From Legionella genomosp. 1 (GTDB lineage: Bacteria > Pseudomonadota > Gammaproteobacteria > Legionellales > Legionellaceae): a stretch of DNA of 64,000 nucleotides. Location: NCBI GenBank assembly GCA_945862405.1, contig CAMAYX010000001.1:2089-66088 (forward strand). Direction: 5' to 3'. A model generated the notes under the pieces. The model was not told where the DNA came from, ran no database searches, and worked only from the letters and a program-made list of their open reading frames with translations. Shown one piece after another: positions 51,434 to 62,030 of this stretch. The translations under genes were made by a program, and so were the position numbers. Numbering within the stretch: the first letter of the stretch is position 1; the number at the start of each line of letters is the position of its first letter.

Positions 51434-51591
51434 GGCTTCTTATCTTCATCTTCTTGCATGGCTTTGCGAAAGTTTTTAATCGCACTTCCTAGATCAGAGC
51501 CTAAAGATTTTAATTTATTGGTGCCAAATAAAGCTAAAACAATCAATAAGATTAGCAGTAACTGTAATGGACTTATGCCGCTTAATCCCAT
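51430..51591 (-). CDS. tatA: Twin-arginine translocase subunit TatA (53 aa, below ORF-track cutoff)
   Basis: Hand translation [53 protein letters not shown]; AGGAG RBS. Confidence 0.95.
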   Translation of the reverse strand: MGLSGISPLQLLLILLIVLALFGTNKLKSLGSDLGSAIKNFRKAMQEDEDKKP

Positions 51592-51592
51592 A

Positions 51593-53242
51593 TTAACTCC
51601 TGTTTTTGCGGTTAAACAATGCTACAACCCCACCTAAAATAGACGCTCCAAGAGCAGCGCCTGCCAATGTTGCAGAATCCAATACTTGAAAATAGCTTAC
51701 TCCACTAAACAATAAAAGCGCAAAGAAAATGCCCAGCCCTAACCCTTTGTACCAATTTGTTCGATTCATGGATAGCGGTTGTGTTGTTTGCATCTGTTTT
51801 GCCAATAGTTTTTGTTCCTTGGTCAGGAGTAAAACTTCATTGAGTATACGCGGCATATGCGGTAATTGTTCAACAATGAAAGGCCAGTTATCACGTAAAT
51901 TTCGCAAAAATACTTTAGGTCCTAGCTGTTCGCGCAGCCATTTTTCCAGAAATGGTTTAGCAGTGGACCATAAATCTAATTCGGGATAAAGTTGCCGCCC
52001 TAAACCTTCTATGGCCAAAAGGGTCTTTTGTAAGAGTACTAATTGCGGCTGCACTTGCATCTGAAAACGGCGTGCTACTTGGAATAATTGAAACACCATC
52101 ATCGCAAAGGAAATGTCTTTTAAAGGTTTTTCAAAAATGGGCTCGCAAACGGTGCGAATAGCACTTTCAAATTCTTGTATCCTGGTGTTTGCAGCTACCC
52201 AGCCAGATTCAACATGCAATTGAGCTACTCGGCGATAATCTCGATTAAAAAATGCCAATAAGTTTTCAGCCAAATATCGTTTATCGTTGTCATCTAAGGT
52301 GCCAATAATACCGAAGTCCACACAAATGTATTGCGGATCCTCTGGGTGCAAATAAGAAACAAAAATATTACCTGGGTGCATGTCTGCGTGAAAAAAACAA
52401 TCGCGAAACACTTGGGTGAAAAATATCTCCAACCCGCGCTCAGCCAGTTTTTTAATATCCACCCCATGCGCATTCAAACGAGCTACATCAGTGACAGGTA
52501 TCCCATAAATCCGCTCCATTACTAAAATATTGGGGACGATGTAATCCCAATAGATTTCGGGAATATAGAGCAAAGGAGAATTACTGAAATTTCTCCTTAA
52601 TTGACCAGCATTTGCGGCCTCACACTGCAAATCAAGCTCATGAAATAAACTGCGTTCGAATTCTTGTACTATTTCTTTAGGCTTAAGTCGTTTGCTTTCA
52701 GCCCAATATCGATCAGCAAAATTAGCTATGGTGTGCATGATGCTTAAATCTTGCTCGATGATTTTACGCATGTTGGGACGCAAAATTTTTACGACCACAT
52801 CCTCGCCGGATTTAAGTTTAGCAGCATGCACTTGGGCCATTGAGGCAGAAGCTAAAACTTGCGGATCAAATTCAGCAAAAACCTCGAAGGCTGAACGACC
52901 ATATGCAGCTTCAATGATAGTTAGTGCTTTCTCACTGGGAAAGGGTGGAACATTATCCTGTAATTTACATAATTCCAAGGCAATGTCAGGCGGAAGAATA
53001 TCAGGGCGAGTGGAAAGTGCTTGTCCAAACTTAATAAAAATTGGGCCCAATTCTTCAAGGGTTTTACGGATTGCTTCTCCACGTGTCAATTTTTCCCGTC
53101 GAACCCAATTCCACGGGTTAAAATAAACGATGAAGCGCAAGGGTCTAAATAAACGAATGCTAACAATTACTTGATCCAAACCATATTTGGCCAGGATATA
53201 ATTGATATGTAACAATCTTAGAAGTTGTTTAACCGGTTTCAT
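51593..53242 (-). CDS. ubiB: Ubiquinone biosynthesis kinase-like protein UbiB
   Basis: [34 protein letters not shown]. Confidence 0.97.
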   Translation of the reverse strand: MKPVKQLLRLLHINYILAKYGLDQVIVSIRLFRPLRFIVYFNPWNWVRREKLTRGEAIRKTLEELGPIFIKFGQALSTRPDILPPDIALELCKLQDNVPPFPSEKALTIIEAAYGRSAFEVFAEFDPQVLASASMAQVHAAKLKSGEDVVVKILRPNMRKIIEQDLSIMHTIANFADRYWAESKRLKPKEIVQEFERSLFHELDLQCEAANAGQLRRNFSNSPLLYIPEIYWDYIVPNILVMERIYGIPVTDVARLNAHGVDIKKLAERGLEIFFTQVFRDCFFHADMHPGNIFVSYLHPEDPQYICVDFGIIGTLDDNDKRYLAENLLAFFNRDYRRVAQLHVESGWVAANTRIQEFESAIRTVCEPIFEKPLKDISFAMMVFQLFQVARRFQMQVQPQLVLLQKTLLAIEGLGRQLYPELDLWSTAKPFLEKWLREQLGPKVFLRNLRDNWPFIVEQLPHMPRILNEVLLLTKEQKLLAKQMQTTQPLSMNRTNWYKGLGLGIFFALLLFSGVSYFQVLDSATLAGAALGASILGGVVALFNRKNRS

Positions 53243-53846
53243 GGCGTGCCAGCAATTGGTTGATATGTGCTTGCAAGCGCTCCGCTTGCAATGTTAGCTC
53301 ATGCACATCATTAAAAAAATCATCAATTTCCTCTCGTGGAGGGAATAGCCGCAATTCTTCTTGTAGATATTCGGTAACATTGGTTTGCAGTGAAGCTCCC
53401 AGATGTTGGCTCATTTCCTTTCCTTGACGAAACCATGAACCTAACTGATGAGCAACCACATCCCCAGTAAACTGTGCCAAATGTCCTTCCCAGTCAACGT
53501 GTAGCTCATCAAATAATCTTTTAACGTTTTGGCCAAGCTCTACATCACCGCTGATTCTAATTTTATCGTTAAACAAGGAACGAACTTTTGAAGCAGGAAG
53601 CAGACTTAAACGAATTAATCCCAGCGGGCTGCTATGGATCGTAGTATCTACATAACCCTCATATTCAGGGAGAAGCTCTAGATGACCTTTATAAAATCGT
53701 ATGAAAAAACCAAGATGGAGGGGCAAGACCACCATTTTTAAAATCTTGCCATTCAATGGCCGCATTTTTTTTACTAAGGCGTTGTCCAAAGCTAACGCTT
53801 GATTGATTGCTGCTTGTAATGCCAGTAAGGTGTAATTTTTTATCAT
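53229..53846 (-). CDS. ubiJ: Ubiquinone biosynthesis accessory factor UbiJ
   Basis: SCP2-like, ISGDVELG, DWEGHLAQFTGDVVA, TEYLQEE; between ubiE and ubiB. Confidence 0.92.
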   Translation of the reverse strand: MIKNYTLLALQAAINQALALDNALVKKMRPLNGKILKMVVLPLHLGFFIRFYKGHLELLPEYEGYVDTTIHSSPLGLIRLSLLPASKVRSLFNDKIRISGDVELGQNVKRLFDELHVDWEGHLAQFTGDVVAHQLGSWFRQGKEMSQHLGASLQTNVTEYLQEELRLFPPREEIDDFFNDVHELTLQAERLQAHINQLLARHETG

Positions 53847-53853
53847 GCTGATC

Positions 53854-54606
53854 TCAATACTTGTAAGCGAGATGTAGGGCTACAATACCACCGGTTAAAT
53901 TATGGTATTGACAGTCCTCAAATCCCGCCGCTTCAATCATTGATTTTAACTCTTCTTGCGGGGGATGCATACGAATTGATTCAGCTAAATATTGGTAGCT
54001 TTCAGCATCATTAGCAAAGAGTTTTCCCAGCTTCGGCAGTATATTAAATGAATACCAATCATAAATTGGCTTTAATCCTGGCAAAACTGGAGTAGAGAAC
54101 TCCAATACCATAATTTTTCCGCCAGGTTTGCATGTTTTATAAATTGAACGTAATGCGGCATCTTTATCGGTAACGTTTCTTAGGCCAAAGGCCATGGTAA
54201 TACAGTGGAAGCTGTTCTCGGCAAAGGGTAAATTTTCAGCGTTAGCCTGCACATAATGAATATTACCCAATAAACCATCATTTACTAGTCTATCTCGACC
54301 AACGCCAAGCATTTCAGCATTAATGTCTGCTAGCACTACATTTCCAGTGTCGCCTACTTTTTTACTTAAAATTTTAGTTAAATCACCACTACCGCCAGCT
54401 AAATCAAGAACGTTTTGCCCAGCATGCACTCCGCTGAGTGCTAAAGTAAATCGCTTCCAAAGCCTGTGAACACCCATGGACATCAAGTCATTCATGAGGT
54501 CATAATTTTTCGCTACAGAATGAAAAACTTCGCGAACTTTGGTTTCTTTTTCATCCCAATCAACGGTTTTAAAACCAAAATGGGTTTTTTTGTTTTTTTC
54601 AGACAT
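53854..54606 (-). CDS. ubiE: Ubiquinone/menaquinone C-methyltransferase
   Basis: [38 protein letters not shown]. Confidence 0.98.
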   Translation of the reverse strand: MSEKNKKTHFGFKTVDWDEKETKVREVFHSVAKNYDLMNDLMSMGVHRLWKRFTLALSGVHAGQNVLDLAGGSGDLTKILSKKVGDTGNVVLADINAEMLGVGRDRLVNDGLLGNIHYVQANAENLPFAENSFHCITMAFGLRNVTDKDAALRSIYKTCKPGGKIMVLEFSTPVLPGLKPIYDWYSFNILPKLGKLFANDAESYQYLAESIRMHPPQEELKSMIEAAGFEDCQYHNLTGGIVALHLAYKY

Positions 54607-54647
54607 GCTGAGGCTTAATAGAATTCCAGAAGATGTAAGTTTAGGAT

Positions 54648-54672
54648 GTAGCCTGGTCGCTTGCAACCAGGA
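54648..54672 (+). repeat. Short GTAG-type REP
   Basis: GTAGCCTGGT-cgcttgca-ACCAGGA. Confidence 0.5.
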
Positions 54673-54712
54673 TTCCATTTTGTTCAAACAATGAGGAGTT
54701 ACGTTCTAGTAT

Positions 54713-55045
54713 TTAAGCGCCTTGAGCGGTAGGTGTTGTTGCATCTCCGCTGTCCAAATCACCATCAGAACCTGGATCATCATTCATGCTGTTGGGATCA
54801 TTGTCATTGGCATCATCATTGAAAAGATCATTGTTGTTGTCGTCGGGATTATTGTCATGGTCATTTAGCCCAGGACTGTTATGCTTATTTGGATCCGGAA
54901 GAGGTGTCAGGCCAGGATTAGAACCGTCGCCAATAATCCCAGGATTTATTTGCTGCCCAGGCATAGAGGGATCAGGTTGCTCGATCTCAGCGTGTACTAT
55001 GAAAGCTCCTGCCCATAATGCCATCATCAACAAGATTTTCTTCAT
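54713..55045 (-). CDS. Small secreted Asp/Asn/Pro-rich hypothetical protein
   Basis: GGAGA RBS, signal peptide MKKILLMMALWAGAFIVHA, low-complexity acidic body. Confidence 0.8.
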   Translation of the reverse strand: MKKILLMMALWAGAFIVHAEIEQPDPSMPGQQINPGIIGDGSNPGLTPLPDPNKHNSPGLNDHDNNPDDNNNDLFNDDANDNDPNSMNDDPGSDGDLDSGDATTPTAQGA

Positions 55046-55103
55046 TTTTTCTCCAAAAAGCTGCGTCATTAACATAGAAACTATAGAGGGAAATTAGTTG
55101 CCG

Positions 55104-55538
55104 TCAAGGGTTAAGCAAATCTCTGCAGCTGTGGAGATATTCCATTTCATTTGGCATATTGTGGTTTCGTTGGGCTTTCCACAAGCACTCGGCCAAATTT
55201 TCCATCATTAAATGTTCAACGTCTAAAGCATTACCGTAACGCTTTAACAAATCTTGGTACGTTTGCGTTATGCTCAATGGGCGATTTGTTGAAATTTGAT
55301 CACGGATAGCTAAGTGCAGCCCCATGTGCAAGAAAGGATTGGTTTCCCCCATCTCTGGAAAATAAGCTGAATCATTTTCAGGTTGTGATGCTTCTAAAAT
55401 AGAATGATATTCAGGATGGTCACAAATCACAGCGGCAATTTGTTGCTCCAGAGGCAGCATGGGTTCTTGCTTACGAAATTTTTCCCAGCTTATAAAAAAG
55501 AGTTTTCGCGTGTCACTGACCTGATTGCTATAAAACAT
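55104..55538 (-). CDS. DUF1841 family protein
   Basis: HPEYH, GETNPFLHMGLHLAIRDQ. Confidence 0.9.
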   Translation of the reverse strand: MFYSNQVSDTRKLFFISWEKFRKQEPMLPLEQQIAAVICDHPEYHSILEASQPENDSAYFPEMGETNPFLHMGLHLAIRDQISTNRPLSITQTYQDLLKRYGNALDVEHLMMENLAECLWKAQRNHNMPNEMEYLHSCRDLLNP

Positions 55539-55801
55539 GTAATCGCTCTTAAAAAAACAGATGAAATTTTAATCTATGTAGCGATGAATCACAATGAACC
55601 AATCTTGACAAATACTACAAAATTGTGCAATATTTTAAGCGCGAGGTTGGACTTGCTATGTGTCATTCCACTGGGTCAATTGGCGACACACTGATTGGCC
55701 CTTTCTAAAAAATCTTACTATCTAAAAATCGATTTCTGCTTCGTTAATTACAGACATATTCTTCTAGCTAAGTACGTGAAATTAAAATGTTCGCTTATTC
55801 T

Positions 55802-56311
55802 TTATAAAAAAATACCAATATTGTCGTTGCTTACTTCATTACCCAAATCAGCTTCCAATGCATCTTTGAATAAATCGGCTCTTAAGCCGAGTGCTGTTCT
55901 AGTTATTGGAAAGAAATTATTCGTATAAACCAAACCCATAAAGGAATTGGCTAGCTTTTTCATGAGGTTGGATAGGATGATTTTCCACTCTTGATGCTGT
56001 TCTAACTCGCAGCGGTATTCTTCGACCACACCGAAACAGATATTTAAAAACGCTATTTTTTCTTGGTTATCGTGGGGCTGAGCAAAATATGCGTCTCCAA
56101 GGGTTTGCAACTTGTTATATAATTTCCGTGCGGTGTCGGCGATCTCATGATAGCTAAGGTTACCCCTCTGAGATTTTTTCTCTACCTCAAGCACACTTAT
56201 TTCAAATATAGATAAAGCATTATTAAATTTTTGCTGAGCGCTTAGTCGCTCAACAACTTCCTGTTCTATTGGATCTATTTCTATAGGTTCTTCAGCGGCA
56301 GAATGAGCCAT
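55802..56311 (-). CDS. Helical hypothetical protein, effector-like
   Basis: AGGGGA RBS; LEQHQEWKIILSNL and FFPITRT pattern resembling Legionella effector C-terminal regions. Confidence 0.65.
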   Translation of the reverse strand: MAHSAAEEPIEIDPIEQEVVERLSAQQKFNNALSIFEISVLEVEKKSQRGNLSYHEIADTARKLYNKLQTLGDAYFAQPHDNQEKIAFLNICFGVVEEYRCELEQHQEWKIILSNLMKKLANSFMGLVYTNNFFPITRTALGLRADLFKDALEADLGNEVSNDNIGIFL

Positions 56312-56341
56312 TTTATCCCCTAACCGTTTTGAAAAAATACA

Positions 56342-56373
56342 ATTATAGGCTTCCTATCTTAAGGTTTTCTTAG
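56342..56373 (-). promoter_or_regulatory. Putative PmrA-like box plus -10 for the 55802-56311 gene
   Basis: Minus strand CTAAGAAAACCTTAAG followed by TATAAT (56342-56347). Confidence 0.4.
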
Positions 56374-56500
56374 CGAAGTTTGACAGAAACAAAGGAAAAA
56401 TTGAATAAAAATAAGGCTATTTGTTTTTTAATTTGATTAAAACTTAAAAGTATAGTACTCTATTCGGCGATTTAAGTAACTAATTTTGGGAGAGTATTTG

Positions 56501-57073
56501 ATGACTAAGATTTTAAGACCAATGTTTGAAGATGAGCAAAGTCCTTTCGCATCTACCGCGCACCGTTTAAATTCATTATTTAGACCCATTCAAAAAACTC
56601 AAAACAAAGAATCAGATTGGACTGCTTTTATTGTAACTCCCTTCTGTGATGGTTTTATCTTAGAACCTATGTATGCTCTTGAAGCTTCTATTCATTTGTT
56701 AAATGCTGTCGCTTCATTCGCACGTGCCCTTTACCTGTGGACACTTAACCAACAAAAAAGCCCTCAGTTAGTGGATCAAGCAAGCCGTGTGGAGTTTGAA
56801 GAGTCTTGGAAGCATCTTACGCTTGCCATTTCTGCAATTGTTGCACAATCGTTTAATACTGTGTTAAGTGCTCTTGCTTGGATTACTCGTCCAATCGCAA
56901 GTCTTATACATGCTGCAGATGGTTGCGTTGATGCTCAGCAGGAAAACTACGAGGGCGGTCAACAAAGACCACCGGCTTATCAACCACAAATGCTCCAACA
57001 ACCACGCCAGCCAATGTGTTACCCACAACAACAAGAGCAACAACAATTCCAATCCTATGGTCAGCATCAATAA
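56501..57073 (+). CDS. Hypothetical protein with hydrophobic hairpin and Gln-rich C-terminus
   Basis: GGGAGAG RBS, ATG 56501; tail QQRPPAYQPQMLQQPRQPMCYPQQQEQQQFQSYGQHQ. Confidence 0.75.
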   Translation: MTKILRPMFEDEQSPFASTAHRLNSLFRPIQKTQNKESDWTAFIVTPFCDGFILEPMYALEASIHLLNAVASFARALYLWTLNQQKSPQLVDQASRVEFEESWKHLTLAISAIVAQSFNTVLSALAWITRPIASLIHAADGCVDAQQENYEGGQQRPPAYQPQMLQQPRQPMCYPQQQEQQQFQSYGQHQ

Positions 57074-57082
57074 GACGATTGA

Positions 57083-58609
57083 TTAGGTCTGCTCCTCCTG
57101 TTGCTTAACACTAGCAACAGGAGGACAATGCTGCTCAGAAATGACTTGCCCACTGGTATCGACTGTTTTTAAGATAACTGGAAATTTCCACAAGGTATGC
57201 AAGTGCTTCAATACTTCTTCGGTGCCACTGCCCAAAGGTACTCTGTTATGCTGAGTATATTGTAAGGTGAGTGAACGATCCCCTTCGACATCAACAGAAT
57301 ATACTTGAATATCTACTTCTATATTACCCAAATTATACTGCTTAGATAATGCTTCACGAATCATCTGATAGCCTTGTTCATTATGTATGGCACCGATTAC
57401 AAATTCGGGGTGACGATCGTCATCAATTAAATTAAATAACTTAAGTTCGCGGATAATATGGGGGGACAAATACTGCGATATGAAACTCTCATCTTTAAAA
57501 TTACGCATTGCAAAATCCAAACTTGATAACCAATCTTGATTTACAAGATGCGGGAACCAACGTTTGTCTTCTTCTGTAGGTTCCTGGCAGATGCGTTTTA
57601 TATCTTGCATCATATGGTAACCTAAGGTGTAGGGATTGATACCATTGTAATAGGGGCTGTTATAGGGAGGCTGCATGATTACATTGGTATGACTTTGCAA
57701 AATCTCTAACATAAACTCATCTGTTACCAGACCTTCCTCATACAAAGAATGCAACAAGGTGTAATGCCAAAAGCAGGCCCAGCCTTCGTTCATAACTTTG
57801 GTTTGGCCCTGAGGATAAAAATATTGTGCAATCTTTCGTACAATTCTAACGATTTCGCGTTGCCACGGTTGCAATAACGGTGCATTTTTTTCAATAAAGT
57901 AAAGAATGTTCTCTTGCGGCTCAGCAGGGAAATTTTGTTTTTTTCCTTTCTGATTAACTTCTTTGGCTTGAGGAATGGTTCGCCAAAGTTCATTAACTTG
58001 TGATTGGAGATAGATTTCCCGATTTTGTTGGCGAATCTTTTCTTCTTGAATGGATAATGGCGTAGGGTGTTTGTAACGATCAACACCATAATTCATTAGG
58101 GCATGACATGCATCTAAAATGGCCTCAACTTCATCAATTCCGTAGCGTTCTTCGCATTCACTCACATAGTTTTTGGCGAATACTAAGTAGTCTATGATGG
58201 CGTCGGCAGATGTCCACATTTTAAATAAGTAATTATTTTTAAAAAATGAATTATGCCCGTAGCAAGCATGCGCAATCACCAGGGCTTGCATGGCCATAGT
58301 GTTTTCTTCCATGAGATAGGCAATGCATGGATTTGAATTGATAACCAACTCATAAGCCAGGCCCATTTCGCCGCGCTGATAGCTTTTTTCTACACCCACA
58401 AAATGCTTTCCAAAAGACCAGTGATGATAACCAATAGGCATACCAACCGAAGCATACGAATCCATCATTTGCTCAGCGCTGATCACTTCCAGCTGATTGG
58501 GATAGGTGTCGAGTTTAAAATCTTTTGCAAGGCGGGCAATTTCCCAGTCATACGTTTGCAGTAATTCAAACGTCCATTCTGAGCCAGTTGATAACGGTTG
58601 CTTTTTCAT
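57083..58609 (-). CDS. SpoVR family protein (YcgB)
   Basis: YHHWSFGK, GLAYELVINSNP, AHACYGHNSFFKNN, TKVMNEGWA. Confidence 0.96.
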   Translation of the reverse strand: MKKQPLSTGSEWTFELLQTYDWEIARLAKDFKLDTYPNQLEVISAEQMMDSYASVGMPIGYHHWSFGKHFVGVEKSYQRGEMGLAYELVINSNPCIAYLMEENTMAMQALVIAHACYGHNSFFKNNYLFKMWTSADAIIDYLVFAKNYVSECEERYGIDEVEAILDACHALMNYGVDRYKHPTPLSIQEEKIRQQNREIYLQSQVNELWRTIPQAKEVNQKGKKQNFPAEPQENILYFIEKNAPLLQPWQREIVRIVRKIAQYFYPQGQTKVMNEGWACFWHYTLLHSLYEEGLVTDEFMLEILQSHTNVIMQPPYNSPYYNGINPYTLGYHMMQDIKRICQEPTEEDKRWFPHLVNQDWLSSLDFAMRNFKDESFISQYLSPHIIRELKLFNLIDDDRHPEFVIGAIHNEQGYQMIREALSKQYNLGNIEVDIQVYSVDVEGDRSLTLQYTQHNRVPLGSGTEEVLKHLHTLWKFPVILKTVDTSGQVISEQHCPPVASVKQQEEQT

Positions 58610-59874
58610 ACCGTTTTCCTCTTAAATAACTCACGAAATACGGGATAAATATCGACAACATTGTCGATATTTTGCATGGCAAAGTTCGGATATTTTTGGC
58701 GTACTTGTTGATATACCTCCCACAAGCTCTGATGATGCCGCGGCATAATTTCAATGTAAGCAAAGTATTGTAGCAGCGGCATGATTTTTTCCTGCAGCAA
58801 TTCTAAACAGTAGGGGGAGTCAGCATTCCAATTATCTCCATCCGAAGCTTGAGCTACGTAAATATTCCAAGCTGCGGGGCTATAACGCGCCTCAATGATG
58901 TTGCTTAATAATTCAAGTGCACTCGATACCACCGTGCCTCCTGTTTCGCGTGAATAAAAGAAGTCCTCTTCATTTACTTCACGTGCGGAAGTGTGATGAC
59001 GGATAAATACCAGCTCGATCTTTTCATAATTTTTGGTGAGGAAAAGATACAGTAAAATAAAAAATCGTTTGGCAATGTCTTTTTTAGGTTCATCCATCGA
59101 GCCGGATACGTCCATAACGCAAAACATTACCGCTTGTGTAGACGGTGCCGGAATTCTTACTCGATTATTGTAACGTAAATCTATGGTGTCTATGAAGGGA
59201 ACGGCAGCTATCTTCTTTTTATAGAATTCAATATCACGCTGCAATCTTAAGAGATCAACCTCATCTGAATTGCTGCCTTTGGCCTGAATTTTTTCAAGCT
59301 CTTCTTCTGCTTTGCGTAATTGTAGTTTGTGAGAAGAGCCTAATGCTACGCGGCGGCTGGTTGCTTGCCGCATAGAACGCAAAATATTAATGTTAGTGGG
59401 CGTCCCGCTTGTAGTGATTCCAGCACGTACATTTTTGAAAGTATTAATTCTTGCTAATTCTTTCTTTACTAAATCAGGTAATTCTAAATCCTCAAAATAC
59501 AATTCTAAAAATTCTTCACGGGTCAATTTAAATACAAAATCATCTTCCCCTTCTCCTGTATTGCTGGCTTGTCCTCCACCAGCTCCACCTCCGCCGCCAG
59601 TGGGACGTTTGATACGATCACCAGTCACAAACTCATCGTTTCCCGGGAGGACGCGATCCACTACTCCGCCTTGGCCCCGGGTAAATCGAGGTTCAGAAAT
59701 GTCTTTTGCGGGGATAGTTATTTGCTCGCCTTGGTCAATTTCAGTAATGCTGCGACGCCCCACGGCTTCGGTCACCGCGCGTTTTATCTGATTTTTGTAG
59801 CGGCGCAAAAATCGTTGGCGGTTGACCGTACTTTTTTTGCCCGCATTTTGTCGTCGATCGATCAATTGGGTCAT
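58606..59874 (-). CDS. yeaH: YeaH/YhbH family (DUF444) protein
   Basis: IDRR..KSTVNRQRF, MDVSGSM, FIRHHT, QASDGDNW. Confidence 0.95.
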   Translation of the reverse strand: MTQLIDRRQNAGKKSTVNRQRFLRRYKNQIKRAVTEAVGRRSITEIDQGEQITIPAKDISEPRFTRGQGGVVDRVLPGNDEFVTGDRIKRPTGGGGGAGGGQASNTGEGEDDFVFKLTREEFLELYFEDLELPDLVKKELARINTFKNVRAGITTSGTPTNINILRSMRQATSRRVALGSSHKLQLRKAEEELEKIQAKGSNSDEVDLLRLQRDIEFYKKKIAAVPFIDTIDLRYNNRVRIPAPSTQAVMFCVMDVSGSMDEPKKDIAKRFFILLYLFLTKNYEKIELVFIRHHTSAREVNEEDFFYSRETGGTVVSSALELLSNIIEARYSPAAWNIYVAQASDGDNWNADSPYCLELLQEKIMPLLQYFAYIEIMPRHHQSLWEVYQQVRQKYPNFAMQNIDNVVDIYPVFRELFKRKTV

Positions 59875-59893
59875 GATGTCACCCTGTTAAAAG

Positions 59894-61825
59894 CTACTGC
59901 GATTTTCGAACACGCAAATACCATTCACACAGCAAACGAACTTGTTTTGGTGTATAACCTTTTTCAACCATACGAGCTATAAATTCCTCATGTTTCTTTT
60001 TATCCTCTTCAGAAGCTTTGGCGTTGAAGGAAATCACCGGCAGTAAATCTTCGGTATTGGTGAACATCTTTTTTTCAATGACGGTTTTTAATTTTTCATA
60101 ACTGTTCCAGCGCGGATTATTGCCGTGGTTATTGGCACGAGCGCGCAAAACGAAATTGACCACTTCATTTCTAAAATCTTTAGGATTAGAAATACCTGCG
60201 GGTTTTTCAATTTTTTCCAGATCTAAATTCAACGAATGTCTATCGAAAATTTCTCCTGTATCCGGATCTCGGTAATCCTGATCTTGTATCCAAAAATCCG
60301 CATACGTGATGTAGCGGTCGAAAATGTTTTGTCCGTATTCAGAATACGATTCTAGATAAGCAGTTTGTATTTCTTTGCCAATGAACTCTACATATTTAGG
60401 TGAGAGGAATTCTTTAATGAAGGTGAGATATTTTTCATGCAATTCTTGCGGGAATTGCTCTTGTTCAATTTGCCGTTCTAAAACATACAGTAAGTGGACT
60501 GGGTTTGCTGCTACTTCGGTATGGTCGAAATTAAATACCTTAGACAAAATTTTAAAAGCGAAACGTGTGGAAATTCCACTCATGCCTTCATCGACACCTG
60601 CAAAATCACGGTATTCTTGATAAGACTTTGCTTTAGGATCCGTATCTTTTAAGCTTTCACCATTATATACCCGCAGCTTCGAATAGATGCTCGAGTTTTG
60701 CGGTTCTTTTAGCCGTGTGAGTACGGAAAATTGTGCCAGCATGTCCAAAGTTCCTGGAGCGCAAGGGGTGCTAACTAAGGAACTGTTATCAATTAATTTG
60801 TCATAAATTTTGGTTTCTTCAGAAACTCGTAAACAATAAGGAACTTTTACAATATTGATACGGTCAATAAACGCTTCATTATTCTTATTATTGCGGAAGG
60901 TTTGCCATTCAGCTTCGTTCGAGTGCGCTAAAATAATTCCTTCAAATGGAATGGCCGATAAACCTTCAGTGGGGTTGTAATTACCTTCTTGGGTAGCAGT
61001 TAATAAAGGATGTAGAACTTTGATCGGTGCTTTGAACATTTCCACGAACTCAAGCAAACCCCGGTTGGCGCGGCATAAACCACCAGAATAACTGTAAGCA
61101 TCTGGATCATCCTGTGAAAATTCTTCTAATTTGCGAATGTCAACTTTACCTACTAGAGAAGAAATGTCTTGATTGTTCTCATCGCCCGGTTCTGTTTTTG
61201 CAACGGCAATCTGCTTCATTCGTGAAGGACGGACCTTAATGACTTTAAATTGGTTAATATCACCATTAAATTCATGTAAACGTTTAATTGCCCAGGGTGA
61301 CATTACATATCTTAAATGCCGTTCGGGAATACCAAAACGCTCGAACAATAATTTCCCATCCTCGGCGGCTTCAAATAATGAAAGTGGTGAATCATATACC
61401 GGTGATCCTTTGATGGCATAAAAAGGTACTAACTGCATCAGCTCTTTTAACTTTTCGGCCAAGGATGATTTCCCACCACCGACTGGGCCTAATAGGTATA
61501 GTACTTGTTTCGTTTCCTCCAACCCTTGGGCGGCATGTTTTAAGAAGCCTACAATTTGTTCAATAGGTTCTTCCATTCCATAAAAATCGTTAAATACTGG
61601 GTAGCGATGCATGACTTTATTAGAGAAAATCCGGGATAAAACAGGATCATGACGTGTATCGACCAGCGCAGGTTCGCCAATGGCCATCAGCAGTCGTTGA
61701 GCTGGATTTGCGTATGCGGAAGGATCGGTTTTACAAAGTTCTAAATATTCATTCAGAGATAATTCTTCTTCTTTATTATCCACAAAGCGACGGGTGTATC
61801 CCGCTAAAAAATCTTCTGTGTTCAT
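59894..61825 (-). CDS. yeaG: PrkA family AAA+/serine kinase (YeaG)
   Basis: LLGPVGGGKSS, EPGDENNQDIS, EFVEMFKAP. Confidence 0.96.
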   Translation of the reverse strand: MNTEDFLAGYTRRFVDNKEEELSLNEYLELCKTDPSAYANPAQRLLMAIGEPALVDTRHDPVLSRIFSNKVMHRYPVFNDFYGMEEPIEQIVGFLKHAAQGLEETKQVLYLLGPVGGGKSSLAEKLKELMQLVPFYAIKGSPVYDSPLSLFEAAEDGKLLFERFGIPERHLRYVMSPWAIKRLHEFNGDINQFKVIKVRPSRMKQIAVAKTEPGDENNQDISSLVGKVDIRKLEEFSQDDPDAYSYSGGLCRANRGLLEFVEMFKAPIKVLHPLLTATQEGNYNPTEGLSAIPFEGIILAHSNEAEWQTFRNNKNNEAFIDRINIVKVPYCLRVSEETKIYDKLIDNSSLVSTPCAPGTLDMLAQFSVLTRLKEPQNSSIYSKLRVYNGESLKDTDPKAKSYQEYRDFAGVDEGMSGISTRFAFKILSKVFNFDHTEVAANPVHLLYVLERQIEQEQFPQELHEKYLTFIKEFLSPKYVEFIGKEIQTAYLESYSEYGQNIFDRYITYADFWIQDQDYRDPDTGEIFDRHSLNLDLEKIEKPAGISNPKDFRNEVVNFVLRARANNHGNNPRWNSYEKLKTVIEKKMFTNTEDLLPVISFNAKASEEDKKKHEEFIARMVEKGYTPKQVRLLCEWYLRVRKSQ

Positions 61826-62030
61826 AATTATCCTCTTCGCATTTTCACTAAGGTTAATCCATCATATTTCCATATTTCTTTGACTTTTTACAGTTCACTG
61901 GTTATAAGCGAGACATTCATCTTTTAATTTCAGTATAGAATATATTCAGTAATTAATAAGCAAAATTCTAGTTATTAATCAAAAGATTGTTTTTAATATA
62001 ACCGGATTTGTTTTTTTAAGGAGCAAGAGT

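Noticed and set aside
57083-61825. yeaG-yeaH-spoVR, and likewise moxR-bat, as a novel system
   Set aside because: Both are well-known, widespread conserved operons in canonical order
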